Part shown: in pieces, positions 1-8,610 of the stretch | Layout of the letters: every line of letters begins with the position of its first letter | Position numbering within the stretch: the first letter of the stretch is position 1 | Source of the DNA: Acidobacteriota bacterium | Lineage (GTDB): Bacteria > Acidobacteriota > UBA4820 > DSQY01 | Direction: 5' to 3' | DNA length: 28,257 nt | NCBI GenBank assembly: GCA_049967655.1 | Contig: JBMFSH010000033.1 | Coordinates: 1-28,257, forward strand | The notes under the pieces: model-generated | The model's input: the letters and a program-made list of their open reading frames with translations, nothing else | Told to the model about the DNA's origin: nothing | Databases searched by the model: none | Made by a program: the position numbers and the translations under genes

Positions 1-55
1 GGGCAATCTCCCGAACCGGCGGGCTAAGCTCGCGGTTCGGGGGGGGGAAGGCCAT

Positions 56-143
56 GGCCCTCCCCGTCCAGGCGACAACGCCTTTCCCCCGTGAACTGGA
101 GCGGTAGCCAAAGGCACCCGCGCTTTCATCGCGGAATTTGGGG
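56..143 (-). repeat. Partial copy of a dispersed repeat/MITE-like element with terminus CCCCAAATTCCGCGAT; inverted relative to the copy at 28170-28257
   Basis: Manual gap-free alignment with the reverse complement of 28170-28257 gives 78/88 identity. The same terminal motif bounds the element at 5786-6337. Confidence 0.85.
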
Positions 144-529
144 GGGCGTAACTCAAGAATCACCACGAAGGCGCGAACGCACCAAGTAAAGTGGGTTCTG
201 GAAAGGAAAGGGGAACCTCCCGGCGCGAGGGGCGCGGCGGGCGGAGCGACTGATCCGCGGGGGAAGTGCCGCGCCGCGCCTGACTGGCCCTTCCTCGCAT
301 CTATCGTCCAGCGTTTCGCGTCTCACGCCTCGACTCTCGCCTCACCCCGCCGGCGGGGGAAAAAGGTCCCGGCCAGGCGCTGCGGTCGGGGCGGAAAGTC
401 CGGGATGCCGGACAGGGGGAGTCGCCTCCTCGCTCGCCGGTTTGACCGCGTGCCAAGGTGACCTAACTCCTTGCAAAGCTGGCATGCTATCTGGGCGTGC
501 ACTATATTATTTCCGGTTCCGTCGGCGGT

Positions 530-545
530 CGGCATGGTGATTGCA
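530..545 (+). promoter_or_regulatory. Sigma-54 (-24/-12) promoter upstream of the DUF3300 gene
   Basis: CGGCATGGTGATTGCA has exact GG-N10-GC spacing and closely matches TGGCACG-N4-TTGCW. Predicted +1 near 556, followed by an AGGAG RBS and ATG at 600. Confidence 0.75.
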
Positions 546-599
546 TACTCCGCACCGAGGCCTAACGCGTGAGAGGGTGGCCGGAAAGGAGAACCAAAG

Positions 600-2096
600 A
601 TGAGAACCTTAAGATTTTTGCTTTCGCCCCTGGTTGCCTGTGCCATTCTGGCAGGGGGGCTGTCGCTCCACGCGCAGGGGAGCTTGTATTCGCCAGACCA
701 GATCAACCAGATGGTGGCCCCCATTGCGCTCTACCCCGACGCGCTCATGAGCCAAGTCCTGATGGCCGCCACCTTCCCGGATCAGGTCACGCAGGCTGAT
801 CAGTGGCTCCAGGCCAACCCCAACCTGACGGGCAGCGAGCTGGATGACGCCCTGGCGACGGCCACCTGGGACCCCAGTGTCATCGCGCTGTGCAAGTTCC
901 CCAGCGTCCTGCACAGAATGGCCCAGAACATCACGTGGACCACCGACCTGGGCAACGCCTTCCTGAACCAGAGGACCGACGTGATGAACGCCGTGCAGAC
1001 CTTGCGCGCCGCGGCCTACCGAAACGGCTATCTTCAAACCACGCCCCAGCAGCGGGTTGTGGTTGAGGGCCCGGACATCGTGATCCAGCCCTACACGCCC
1101 GACGTGATCTACGTCCCGGCCTATCAGCCGGCGGTGGTCTACGGACCCCTCTGGAGCTACCCCACCTACTACTACCCGGACGTGTGGGCCCCGTGGCCCG
1201 GCTATTCGTTCGTCAACGGCTTCGCCTGGGGCCTCGGCTTCGCCGTGGGCAACGTTCTCTTCGGCGGGTGCGACTGGAATGACCACACCGTTTACGTGAA
1301 CAACACGGTGATCGTGAACAATGCGATCTACCACAACACCCCCTACTACCGCGGCGGATACTGGCACGGTCGCCTCGGTCCCCAGACCTGGTCTCCCCAG
1401 GTGGCGAGGGCGAGTTACGTCCGGGGTGGAATCGGCGCCCCATACGGGGGGAGGGCCTACGGACGGATCCATGGGATCAGCGCCCGGCCCGGCGGCTATC
1501 AGCCGCGCACCATGGAGCGAGCCGGCGTGAACGGCCCCCGGAGCTTGGAGGGGCGCGGCACACACCTTCCCGCGGTACATGGACCCACGGGTTTTGCGGC
1601 GCGCGGCGCCAGCCGACCCGGGGTGCGCGGCCCGACGGGCTACCCGAAACGCACCATGAACCGGGCCGGAGTCCACGGTCCCACGGGCTATACGGCTCGC
1701 GGTTCCAACCTTCCCGCGGTGCACGGTCCGACTGGCTACAACGCGGGGCGTACCTACACCCGTCCGGCGGTACATGGCCCCACGGGCTACACGACGCGCG
1801 GCTACAACCGTCCGGCTGTGCACGGACCTGAGGGCTACACGCGGCCCGCTTACAACCGGCCGGCGTACCACCCGCCCACGAGCTATTCGCGGCCACAGTA
1901 CAGCCGTCCGAGCTACCGGGCCCCGGCCTACCGGGCGCCGTCCTACCGAGCCCCGGCGTATCGCGCCCCGGCCTACCGTCCCCCGGCGAACTACGCGCGG
2001 CCCAGTTACCACCCCGCCTACGCTCCTCGCGCCGGTGCCGTGGGACACGCACCAGCCGCACCCCATGGAGGCCATGTGCCGCACAAGCGCGGCTGA
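600..2096 (+). CDS. DUF3300 domain-containing exported protein with a long repetitive Arg/Gly/Tyr/Pro-rich C-terminal tail
   Basis: Signal peptide (MRTLRFLL...LHA|QG). DUF3300-type motifs APIALYPD, WDPSV, WTTDLGNAFL, VMNAVQTLR, IYVPAYQP. RBS upstream and terminator downstream. Confidence 0.88.
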   Translation: MRTLRFLLSPLVACAILAGGLSLHAQGSLYSPDQINQMVAPIALYPDALMSQVLMAATFPDQVTQADQWLQANPNLTGSELDDALATATWDPSVIALCKFPSVLHRMAQNITWTTDLGNAFLNQRTDVMNAVQTLRAAAYRNGYLQTTPQQRVVVEGPDIVIQPYTPDVIYVPAYQPAVVYGPLWSYPTYYYPDVWAPWPGYSFVNGFAWGLGFAVGNVLFGGCDWNDHTVYVNNTVIVNNAIYHNTPYYRGGYWHGRLGPQTWSPQVARASYVRGGIGAPYGGRAYGRIHGISARPGGYQPRTMERAGVNGPRSLEGRGTHLPAVHGPTGFAARGASRPGVRGPTGYPKRTMNRAGVHGPTGYTARGSNLPAVHGPTGYNAGRTYTRPAVHGPTGYTTRGYNRPAVHGPEGYTRPAYNRPAYHPPTSYSRPQYSRPSYRAPAYRAPSYRAPAYRAPAYRPPANYARPSYHPAYAPRAGAVGHAPAAPHGGHVPHKRG

Positions 2097-2124
2097 CGGG
2101 CTTCATCCAGCGTCGGCATGAGTG

Positions 2125-2158
2125 ACCTGGGCGCGGCACACCGCGCCCAGGTTTTTTT
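2125..2158 (+). terminator. Intrinsic terminator after the DUF3300 gene
   Basis: 12-bp stem ACCTGGGCGCGG/CCGCGCCCAGGT with CACA loop, followed by a T7 tract. Confidence 0.9.
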
Positions 2159-2298
2159 AGGGGACAGGGGACAGGGGGGAAGTTGGGGGAAGCTGGGAAG
2201 GGGGAGTGGCAACCCGGCAATGGCCTATCCCTCGGCCTACTCAGCGCCCCCGCTTCTTGATCGGTGTCTATCCATACATCGAACGGTTCGCGGTGGTG

Positions 2299-3048
2299 TC
2301 ACACCTCGATCTTGGCGAAGAGGTAGGCGCCGAGGGCCAGGAGGAGGGCTGCGAGGCCCGCCAGAACGGCCAGGTCGGTGGCGGCGCCGAAGTGACAGGC
2401 CGTACCCGCCAGGGCCCCGCGCAGGCCGTCCACCCCGTAGGAGAGCGGGTCCAGGGCGGCCAGCACCCGCAAGGGGCGCGGGGCGTCCGCCAGGGGGAAG
2501 AGGGCGCCCGAAAGGAAGAAGAGCGGCATCACCAGAAAGTTCATGATGAGCTGGAAGCCCTGGAAGTCCGAGAGCAGGGAGGCGATGGCCGTTCCCAGTG
2601 CCGTGAACAGGACTCCGATGAGCGCCATGTAGAGCAACGCGTAGGGGAGAGCCGCAGGGCCCGAGACACGAACGCCAGCCACCAGGCAGATGGCTGCCAC
2701 GATGAGTCCCTGAAGGATCGCCACGGTGGCGCCGCCGGCCGTCCTTCCCAGCATGATCGTCAGCCGAGACACGGGCGCCACGAGGGTCTCCTTCAGAAAG
2801 CCGAACTGCCTGTCCCAGATCAGCTCGATGCCCGAGAAGACGGCGGTGAAGAGGATAGTCATGGCGATCACCCCTGGCGCCAGGAACTGCAGGTAGCTCC
2901 CCTGGCCGGCCTTGCGGAAGATGGGGCCGAAGCCGAAGCCGAGGGCCAGCAGGAAGAGGAGGGGCTGCCCCAGGGAGCCGATGATGCGCGTGCGCGAGCG
3001 CAGGTAGCGCTTGATCTGTCGGAGCCAGAGGATATAGATGGCGCTCAT
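2299..3048 (-). CDS. ABC-2 type transporter permease (DrrB-like)
   Basis: About 6 hydrophobic segments and motifs DRQFGFLKETLVAPVSR, FFLSGALFP, PLSYGVDGLR. Start MSAIY (3048) overlaps the ATPase stop (ATGA). Confidence 0.9.
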   Translation of the reverse strand: MSAIYILWLRQIKRYLRSRTRIIGSLGQPLLFLLALGFGFGPIFRKAGQGSYLQFLAPGVIAMTILFTAVFSGIELIWDRQFGFLKETLVAPVSRLTIMLGRTAGGATVAILQGLIVAAICLVAGVRVSGPAALPYALLYMALIGVLFTALGTAIASLLSDFQGFQLIMNFLVMPLFFLSGALFPLADAPRPLRVLAALDPLSYGVDGLRGALAGTACHFGAATDLAVLAGLAALLLALGAYLFAKIEV

Positions 3049-3839
3049 GCCCGTCTCCCGCGCCACAGGCGCGACATTCGGCGCATCTGGTCGAGGCCCG
3101 TGGCCTCCTCCTCCCGGATGGTCTCTCCCGTGAGAGCGAGGAAGGCCTCTTCGAGGGTCTGGCTCCCCGTGCTCGTCTTGATCTCGGCCGGCGAGCCCTG
3201 GGCCACGATGCGGCCGTGGTCGATGACCGCCACGCGGTGCGCCACGCGGTCAGCCTCCTCCATGATGTGGGTGGTCAGGAAGACCGTCACGCGCTCCGTC
3301 TCGTTGAGGTGCCGTACGTGCGTCCAGATCTGGTTGCGCGCCTGGGGGTCGAGGCCGAGGGTGGGCTCGTCCAGGAAGAGGATCTTGGGGGTGTGCAGGA
3401 GCCCCCGCGCGATCTCCAGGCGCCGCCGCATGCCACCGGAGAAGTGCTTCACAGGCGAGTCCCGCCGCTCCCACAGGTCGAAGAGCTTGAGAAGCCTCTC
3501 GATCCTCTCGGCGCGCACCTTGCGGGGGACCTGGTAGAGCACGCCGTGGAAATCCAGGTTCTCGTAAGCCGTCAGCTCATCGTCCACGCTCGGGTCCTGG
3601 AAGACGATGCCGAAGCGCTTGCGCGCCTTGTTGGGGCTGGCCTCCGGGTCCAGGCCGTCGAGCTCGACGGAACCCGAGGTGGGCCTCAGCAGGGTCGTGA
3701 GCATCTTGATGGTGGTGGTTTTCCCGGCGCCGTTGGGGCCGAGGAAGGCGAAGATCTCCCCCTCCCGCACCTCGAAGGAGATGCCGCGCACGGCCACGAA
3801 GGTGCCGAAGCTCTTCACGAGGTTCCGGACCGTAATCAT
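3045..3839 (-). CDS. ABC transporter ATP-binding protein (DrrA-like)
   Basis: Walker A GPNGAGKT, signature FSGGM, Walker B ILFLDEPT, H-loop TTH. Start placed at MITVRNL because the upstream ORF extension lies in repeat DNA. Confidence 0.92.
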   Translation of the reverse strand: MITVRNLVKSFGTFVAVRGISFEVREGEIFAFLGPNGAGKTTTIKMLTTLLRPTSGSVELDGLDPEASPNKARKRFGIVFQDPSVDDELTAYENLDFHGVLYQVPRKVRAERIERLLKLFDLWERRDSPVKHFSGGMRRRLEIARGLLHTPKILFLDEPTLGLDPQARNQIWTHVRHLNETERVTVFLTTHIMEEADRVAHRVAVIDHGRIVAQGSPAEIKTSTGSQTLEEAFLALTGETIREEEATGLDQMRRMSRLWRGRRA

Positions 3840-3842
3840 GGA

Positions 3843-4045
3843 GTCGCTCGCTGGCGCTCGCTCTCCAAGAGGGAGGCTCCGCCCCCCTCTTGGCGCTGCG
3901 CTCGCCGGGGGCTCGCTCCGCTGAACTCCTCGGGGAGAGGTTGCGTTGCAGCCGACGTGAAGTCGGCTTCGCGCGTGGTCGCTCGCTGTCGCTCGCTCTC
4001 CAAGCAAGAGCTCCTGCGCCTCATCGCGGGTGGCACCTTCCGCCA
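3843..4045 (-). repeat. Two tandem units of a structured intergenic repeat, each ending in TGGAGAGCGAGC-N4-GCGAGCGAC on the minus strand
   Basis: 3843-3869 and 3978-4004 are 26/27 identical. A 13-bp hairpin lies at 3865-3893. The same end motif occurs at 9393-9414 and 9646-9671. Confidence 0.8.
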
Positions 4046-4064
4046 GTCTGATGTCTTGCCGGAC

Positions 4065-5693
4065 TCAATAGCTCTTCGGGCTCTCGCTGTTGCTCTGGGG
4101 AGGTAGCTTAAACTCATCGGGCCGCTCCTTGACGACCTCGCGCAGCCACTCCTCGGGGTAGCCCAGCTCCTGCGGCTCGCCCTTCTCATCCTGCACGTAG
4201 CCGTCGTTGTACTTGGTGAAGAGGTCCGCCGCCAGCTCCTGCCAGCGCGCGAAGACCTCCTCGCCGGCGCCCACGCTGTAGTCCGTGAGGAACCGCTTGG
4301 CCCGCGCGGGGTCGCTCTTCATCATGTCCAGCGCCGTCTTCTCGACGGCCGGCTGGAGGGCCAGGAAGTTTCCCTCCAGCTCCCGCTGGACCTTCACGAT
4401 GTCCTTCACCATATAGCTGTATTTGAGTTGGGCGTAGTTGGCCACCAGGTTGAAGACCCACCACGCCGAGTCCCACGAGAAGCGGCGCAGGTTGCCTCGC
4501 CCGAAGGCGGGCGGCACTTCCGAGATGCCCGCGTAGAGAGGGAAGTAGCAGCTCGTGTAGGTGTCGTCCACGCCGTACCACAGCACGCCGCCCACCGGGT
4601 CGGGCAGGAAGGAGCGCATCTGGGCCACGTAGGAACAGCCCGTCTGCTGGGTCGAGATGGGTCGCTCCCAGGCGTAGGTCTGCCCGTCCAGCGTGAAGGT
4701 GATGGGCCGGTCCCTCAGGGGCGAGCCGAAGGGCCCCGCGTCGATCCCCTTGGTCATGTCCAGCGGCGTCCCCTCGTAGTGGTCGCGCATGAGCGCCATC
4801 ACGTCCTTCACCGAGAGCTTCTGGTCGGCCTTGATCCAGAGCGGGTAGGGCTTAGCCCCGGCCACCCCGCGGTTGCGGTCCATGGAGAGGTGAAGCGAGG
4901 GCGCGGCGCGCCGGAAGATGGACCAGACGCGCGTGGAGGTGTAGCGCAGCTTCTCCGGCGTTGAGGGGCAGTAGGCGTGGCAGAAGCGGAAGGGGCCGTC
5001 GGTCTTGGGGTTGTAGTAACCGTGCGCGATGGCGAAGGAGATGACGTCGGTGGAGTAGAGGCAGTTCGCGGGGTCGTGCAGGGGAAAGCTGTCGATGCGC
5101 GACTTGTTGGCGTGGGCGCAGATCATCCCGTCGGGCACCCGCTCCGCGACCCAGAGCGCGCCCTTCACCCCGTCGCCGCGGCCGATCATCTCCAAAATCC
5201 ACGCCTCCTTCGGGTCGGCGATGGAGAAGGTTTCGCCCGTGGAGCCGTAGCCGTACTGGGCCACGAGCTCCGTCATGACGGCGATCGCCTCGCGCGCCGT
5301 CTTGGCGCGCTCCAGCGCGATCTCCATGAGCGGCCAGTAGGGGATGCCCTCGCGCTTGTCCTGGAGCTCCAGGCGGCCGTCGAAGGTGGTCTCGCCGATG
5401 GCGAGCTGGTGCTCGTTCATGATCCCGCACACGGCGTAGGTGTGGGGCACCTGGGGAATGGTCGCCCGGAGGCGGCCGTGCCAGTCCCTGATCTCCAGCA
5501 TCTCGCCCGGCTTGTGGTCCGCCGCCGGAATGGAGCGAAGGATCGGGTGGAACTCGCCGTCCACCGAGTAGGTGATGATCGTGGAGCCGTCCTTCGAGGC
5601 TCCCTTTGTCACGAGGATGTTCGTGCAGCCGGAAGCCGGCCTCGCGACGCACGCCGCCAGCAGCACCCACAGGAGCAGCATTCCCTTCCGCAT
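4065..5693 (-). CDS. Secreted dipeptidase, peptidase family C69 (Ntn-hydrolase)
   Basis: Signal peptide followed by the N-terminal nucleophile Cys (ASG|CTNILVTKGASKDGS). Motifs MNEHQLAIGETT, ALERAKTAREAI, RDHYEGT, WERPIS. Confidence 0.9.
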   Translation of the reverse strand: MRKGMLLLWVLLAACVARPASGCTNILVTKGASKDGSTIITYSVDGEFHPILRSIPAADHKPGEMLEIRDWHGRLRATIPQVPHTYAVCGIMNEHQLAIGETTFDGRLELQDKREGIPYWPLMEIALERAKTAREAIAVMTELVAQYGYGSTGETFSIADPKEAWILEMIGRGDGVKGALWVAERVPDGMICAHANKSRIDSFPLHDPANCLYSTDVISFAIAHGYYNPKTDGPFRFCHAYCPSTPEKLRYTSTRVWSIFRRAAPSLHLSMDRNRGVAGAKPYPLWIKADQKLSVKDVMALMRDHYEGTPLDMTKGIDAGPFGSPLRDRPITFTLDGQTYAWERPISTQQTGCSYVAQMRSFLPDPVGGVLWYGVDDTYTSCYFPLYAGISEVPPAFGRGNLRRFSWDSAWWVFNLVANYAQLKYSYMVKDIVKVQRELEGNFLALQPAVEKTALDMMKSDPARAKRFLTDYSVGAGEEVFARWQELAADLFTKYNDGYVQDEKGEPQELGYPEEWLREVVKERPDEFKLPPQSNSESPKSY

Positions 5694-5822
5694 CGTCTCA
5701 CCCCATCGTCAAGGCGGCGGCGCCTCCCGCCCGCCGAGTGGCCATCCTAGCACGGGCGGAAAAGAAGGAAGCAGGGAAGGTAGTGCCCCAGATTCCGCGA
5801 TGGAGGTATAACGCTTTTCATG

Positions 5823-6204
5823 CCTGTCCAAAATAGAGCGCCTTGCCGGCTCCGAGCCACGGCTGGGTCTAGGCCGCGCCATTGGCGCGGCGCTGGGGGC
5901 CAGGTCCGGGCGCGTCCACGCTCGCGTGGACGCGCTCCGGCCGCAGGCCCTCCGCCGCCCTTCGGGCGCCAGCCCCAGTTGCCTGGTGGTTGCGGTCCCC
6001 CCACCCTCCAAGGGTGCGCCGGCGGCGACGGACCTCCTGCTTCGTCAGCTTTCGGCGTCCGCATCCTCAGCGTACAGGAAGTACGCTTGCGGTGCGGCCG
6101 CCTCACCTTCCTCTCATGAGGCCCATCGGCGCCGGAACGCGCCTTCCTCCGCTTCGCTCCGGAAGGCAAGCCCCGCAAGTGCGAGTTAGTTTTATTTTGA
6201 CAGC
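5823..6204. mobile_element. Second MITE-like element nested inside the first
   Basis: Ends CCTGTCCAAAATA ... TATTTTGACAGC form an imperfect inverted repeat, flanked by CATG on both sides (5819-5822, 6205-6208). The interior is hairpin-rich. A related end (19/22) lies at 28150-28171. Confidence 0.5.
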
Positions 6205-6217
6205 CATGAACGCCTTT

Positions 6218-6309
6218 GTAGGAGCGGCGCCTCGCCGCGACCTCGGGTGAGCGCAAGGCTCTGGGGAGATTGCCCGGAACGGCCGCTCGCGCCGGGGCGG
6301 CGCTTCTGC
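6218..6309. repeat. GTAG-type REP doublet (REPIN-like)
   Basis: GTAGGAGCGGCGCCTCGCCGCGA (6218-6240) and inverted partner GCAGAAGCGCCGCCCCGGCGCGA (6287-6309, minus strand). Both have 6-bp palindromic stems with a compensatory swap. Confidence 0.65.
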
Positions 6310-6414
6310 GCGCGAAATGGCGATCGCGGAATTGGGGAGTGCAGATTGAAGAACGCAGAGAAGTTCGAAGGCAGGCTTTCGTCGCGGTCCTCCTTCGACG
6401 GTCTCCCCCCCGTC

Positions 6415-6454
6415 TTACTCGCCTAATTGCTTAATCGCCTACTCACCTATTCGC
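6415..6454. repeat. Degenerate 8-bp tandem repeat (5 units, YTAATCGC-like)
   Basis: TTACTCGC CTAATTGC TTAATCGC CTACTCAC CTATTCGC. Same family as the arrays at 11253-11514. Confidence 0.7.
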
Positions 6455-6470
6455 CTGACCCCTCGCCCCC

Positions 6471-8372
6471 TCACTCCTTCTTCGGCTTCAGCCCGTACTT
6501 CTTGAGCTTCAGGTAGAGGTTGGGCCGGGTCATGCGGATCTCGCGGGCCAGGCTGGCCACGGAGCCGCGGTGGCCTTCCATCCGCCGGCGGAAGTACTCC
6601 TCCTCGAACCGCTCGCAGGCCTCCGACCAGGGAAGCTGCCACAGGCCGAAGTCCCGCTGGCCGCTCCCCGGGTGGTAGCGCTCCAGCGCCGCGGCCACCA
6701 TCTCCTCGGTGACGACGGGCCCTTCGCCCATGAGGACCATCTGCTTCACCACGGCCTGGAGCTGACGGACGTTGCCGGGCCAGGGGTAGCTTCGCAGCGT
6801 CTGCACGGCCTCCTCCTCGAAGCCCCTCAACGCCTTGCCGAACTCGCGGTTGGCCACGTGCAGGAAGTAGTTGGCGAGCAACAGGATGTCCCCGCCCCGC
6901 TCGCACAGGGGAGGGATGCGGATGACCGTTCCCGCCAGCCGGAAGTAGAGGTCCTCCCGGAAGCGGCCGGTGCGGATCAGCTCCGAGGGGTCCTGGTTGG
7001 TGGCGGCGATGAACCGCACGTCCACGGGGCGGCTGCGGCTGCTGCCCAGGGGAGCCACGTGCTTCTCCTCCAGCACCCTCAGAAGCTTGGGCTGAAGCCC
7101 CACGGGTAGGTCGGCGATCTCATCGAGGAACAGGGTGCCCCCGCTGGCCTTCTCGAACAGGCCCGCGCGGCTCCGGTCGGCCCCCGTATAGGCGCCTCGC
7201 TCCACGCCGAAGAGCTCGCTCTCCAGCAGGGTCTCGGGGATGGAGGCGCAGTTGATGGGCACGAAGGGCCCCGCCGACCGCTTGGAGAGCCGGTGGGTCC
7301 TCCTGGCGAGGAGCTCCTTGCCCGAGCCGGTGGGCCCCAGGAGCAGGACCGGCACCTCCGTCGGGGCCACCTGGCCGACGGTGCGGATCTCTTTCAGCAG
7401 GGCCGGGCACTGTCCTACGATGGGCTCGGCCGAGTCGGGGTCGGCCGCCAGACCCGCCTCGATGGCCCGAATGTGGTCCGCCAGCTCGCCCACGCGCCGC
7501 TCGCGCCGCCCCAGCTCTTCGGCCCAGCGCAGCACCAGCCGGCAGAGGACGTAGAGCACGGGCAACCCCTCCTGATGGCGCAGCATCGGGTCCCCGTCCA
7601 CCTCCGCGACGCCGAGGAAGACGGCGCGCTTGTCGCCGAAGGGGATGGGCAGGACCGCCACGCCCAGGCGGTCTTTGGCCTGCGCCAGCTCCACGGCGGC
7701 CATCCGGGGCAACGCGGCCAGTTGCTGGGCCCTCTCCGGCGTGATCTCGCTCTCCGGAAAGGGGCCCTCCTCTCCCTTCAGCGTGAGGCGGCTGCCCTGC
7801 CACAGGTAGCACCGGACGGCCCGGCAGACGAGCGCCTCGCGCAGGAGCCGGCAGAGCATGGTCCACTCCTGCCCCGACTTCTCCTCGGCGAGGAAGGTCC
7901 CCACCAGGCGGGCCACCTCCTCCACGCTGTAGTGGCGGCGGTGGGGATCCTCGCCCGCCGCCGTCGGACCCGTCAGGCACAGGTTCACCGTGCTCAGGAG
8001 GCGGAACCCCGGAGGGGCCTCCGCGGCGGGCTCGGACTCGGTGGCCGTATTCGCCAGCCGGAGCAGCGCCTCGCCGACCCGCAGGGCCGCCCCGTCCACC
8101 ATCACCCCTTCCCGCAGCCTCTCGTCGTTCAGGAAGGTGCCGTTCGTCGAGCCCAGGTCGCGGAAGCGCAGCCAGCTCGCGTCCGGCCATAACTCCACGT
8201 GCCGCCGCGAAACGTATCTTCCCCTCAGCGGGATTTCGCACTCCAGGCTCGATCCGACCACCCATGGCCCTGGCCCCGAGAGGTAGAGGTCGAAGCCAAG
8301 GCGCGAGGGGAGCAGGATGTTCAGGCGAAACGGTCTGCCGTACTCCCCTTGTCTGTCCAAGCGGTACCCCAA
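6471..8372 (-). CDS. Sigma-54-dependent transcriptional activator (bEBP): N-terminal FHA domain, AAA+ domain and Fis-type HTH
   Basis: FHA motifs VSRRH and DLGSTNGT. Walker A GPTGSGKE, ESELFG, GAYTGA loop, Walker B FLDEI, FREDLYFRL, WPGNVRQL, C-terminal HTH. Start uncertain (TTG 8372 or TTG 8360). Confidence 0.92.
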   Translation of the reverse strand: MGYRLDRQGEYGRPFRLNILLPSRLGFDLYLSGPGPWVVGSSLECEIPLRGRYVSRRHVELWPDASWLRFRDLGSTNGTFLNDERLREGVMVDGAALRVGEALLRLANTATESEPAAEAPPGFRLLSTVNLCLTGPTAAGEDPHRRHYSVEEVARLVGTFLAEEKSGQEWTMLCRLLREALVCRAVRCYLWQGSRLTLKGEEGPFPESEITPERAQQLAALPRMAAVELAQAKDRLGVAVLPIPFGDKRAVFLGVAEVDGDPMLRHQEGLPVLYVLCRLVLRWAEELGRRERRVGELADHIRAIEAGLAADPDSAEPIVGQCPALLKEIRTVGQVAPTEVPVLLLGPTGSGKELLARRTHRLSKRSAGPFVPINCASIPETLLESELFGVERGAYTGADRSRAGLFEKASGGTLFLDEIADLPVGLQPKLLRVLEEKHVAPLGSSRSRPVDVRFIAATNQDPSELIRTGRFREDLYFRLAGTVIRIPPLCERGGDILLLANYFLHVANREFGKALRGFEEEAVQTLRSYPWPGNVRQLQAVVKQMVLMGEGPVVTEEMVAAALERYHPGSGQRDFGLWQLPWSEACERFEEEYFRRRMEGHRGSVASLAREIRMTRPNLYLKLKKYGLKPKKE

Positions 8373-8402
8373 TCCTTCGCCACGAGTGCGTTGCCGCCAC
8401 CA

Positions 8403-8411
8403 ATTATATCA
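8403..8411 (-). promoter_or_regulatory. Extended -10 (TGnTATAAT) promoter for the activator gene
   Basis: Minus strand reads TGATATAAT about 30 nt upstream of the start. No clear -35. Confidence 0.5.
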
Positions 8412-8445
8412 TAGGCGACATGAAAGGCCCCAGGCAAGGACCGGC

Positions 8446-8484
8446 TGTATCGTGGACGGCACAGCCTGTAACGAGATCAGGACG
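8446..8484. promoter_or_regulatory. Candidate tandem enhancer (UAS) sites for a bEBP
   Basis: TGT-N12-ACA (8446-8463, within a GGCTGT...ACAGCC inverted repeat) and TGT-N12-ACG (8467-8484). They are 21 bp apart and 110-150 bp upstream of a sigma-54 motif. Confidence 0.45.
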
Positions 8485-8593
8485 GCTTCGGGCTCGGTCG
8501 TCACCATGCCTGATTTTGATCCAGTGCACGTGAGCCTCACCGGGCGCCGAGAAACGACGGGTGAAGCACGGATGAGCGTGGACGAACCAGTCT

Positions 8594-8610
8594 TGGCATG
8601 GGCCGTGCAA
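8594..8610 (+). promoter_or_regulatory. Sigma-54 (-24/-12) promoter divergent from the activator
   Basis: TGGCATGGGCCGTGCAA has exact GG-N10-GC spacing. Predicted +1 near 8620. Confidence 0.65.

Larger units (their letters stand above)
5786..6337. mobile_element. Non-autonomous MITE-like element (outer)
   Basis: Terminal inverted repeats CCCCAGATTCCGCGAT (5786-5801) and ATCGCGGAATTGGGG (6323-6337). Direct AGTG flanks at 5782-5785 and 6338-6341. No transposase ORF. The same terminus occurs at both window ends. Confidence 0.7.

Noticed and set aside
1..45. Resemblance to the 3' end of a c-di-AMP (ydaO) riboswitch or group II intron domain V
   Set aside because: The similarity is only a few bases. 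The segment is a simple self-contained hairpin within the repeat, and the other required conserved elements are not visible.
609..2084. 491-aa antisense ORF; likewise 2206-3537, 14141-16240, 16305-17831, 19794-21404, 22104-23516
   Set aside because: Shadow ORFs opposite well-supported genes, as expected from high-GC codon bias. They show no recognisable motifs.
2159..2210. G-rich stretch resembling part of the lpdA-associated repeat, or a G-quadruplex
   Set aside because: Low-complexity similarity only. It lacks the hairpin and end motif that define the family.
3915..3975. Possible displaced copy of the dipeptidase tail (RE...PEEFS vs RE...PDEFK), analogous to the lpdA case
   Set aside because: Only about 11/14 nt match over a short stretch and the spacing differs. 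Too weak to claim, but worth re-checking against relatives.
3840..4007. 56-aa N-terminal extension of the ABC ATPase
   Set aside because: It is a translation of the intergenic repeat units. The conserved domain starts at MITVRNL.
5709..6256. Short ORFs inside the MITE as transposase fragments
   Set aside because: No DDE, HUH or HTH motifs. Translations are low-complexity.
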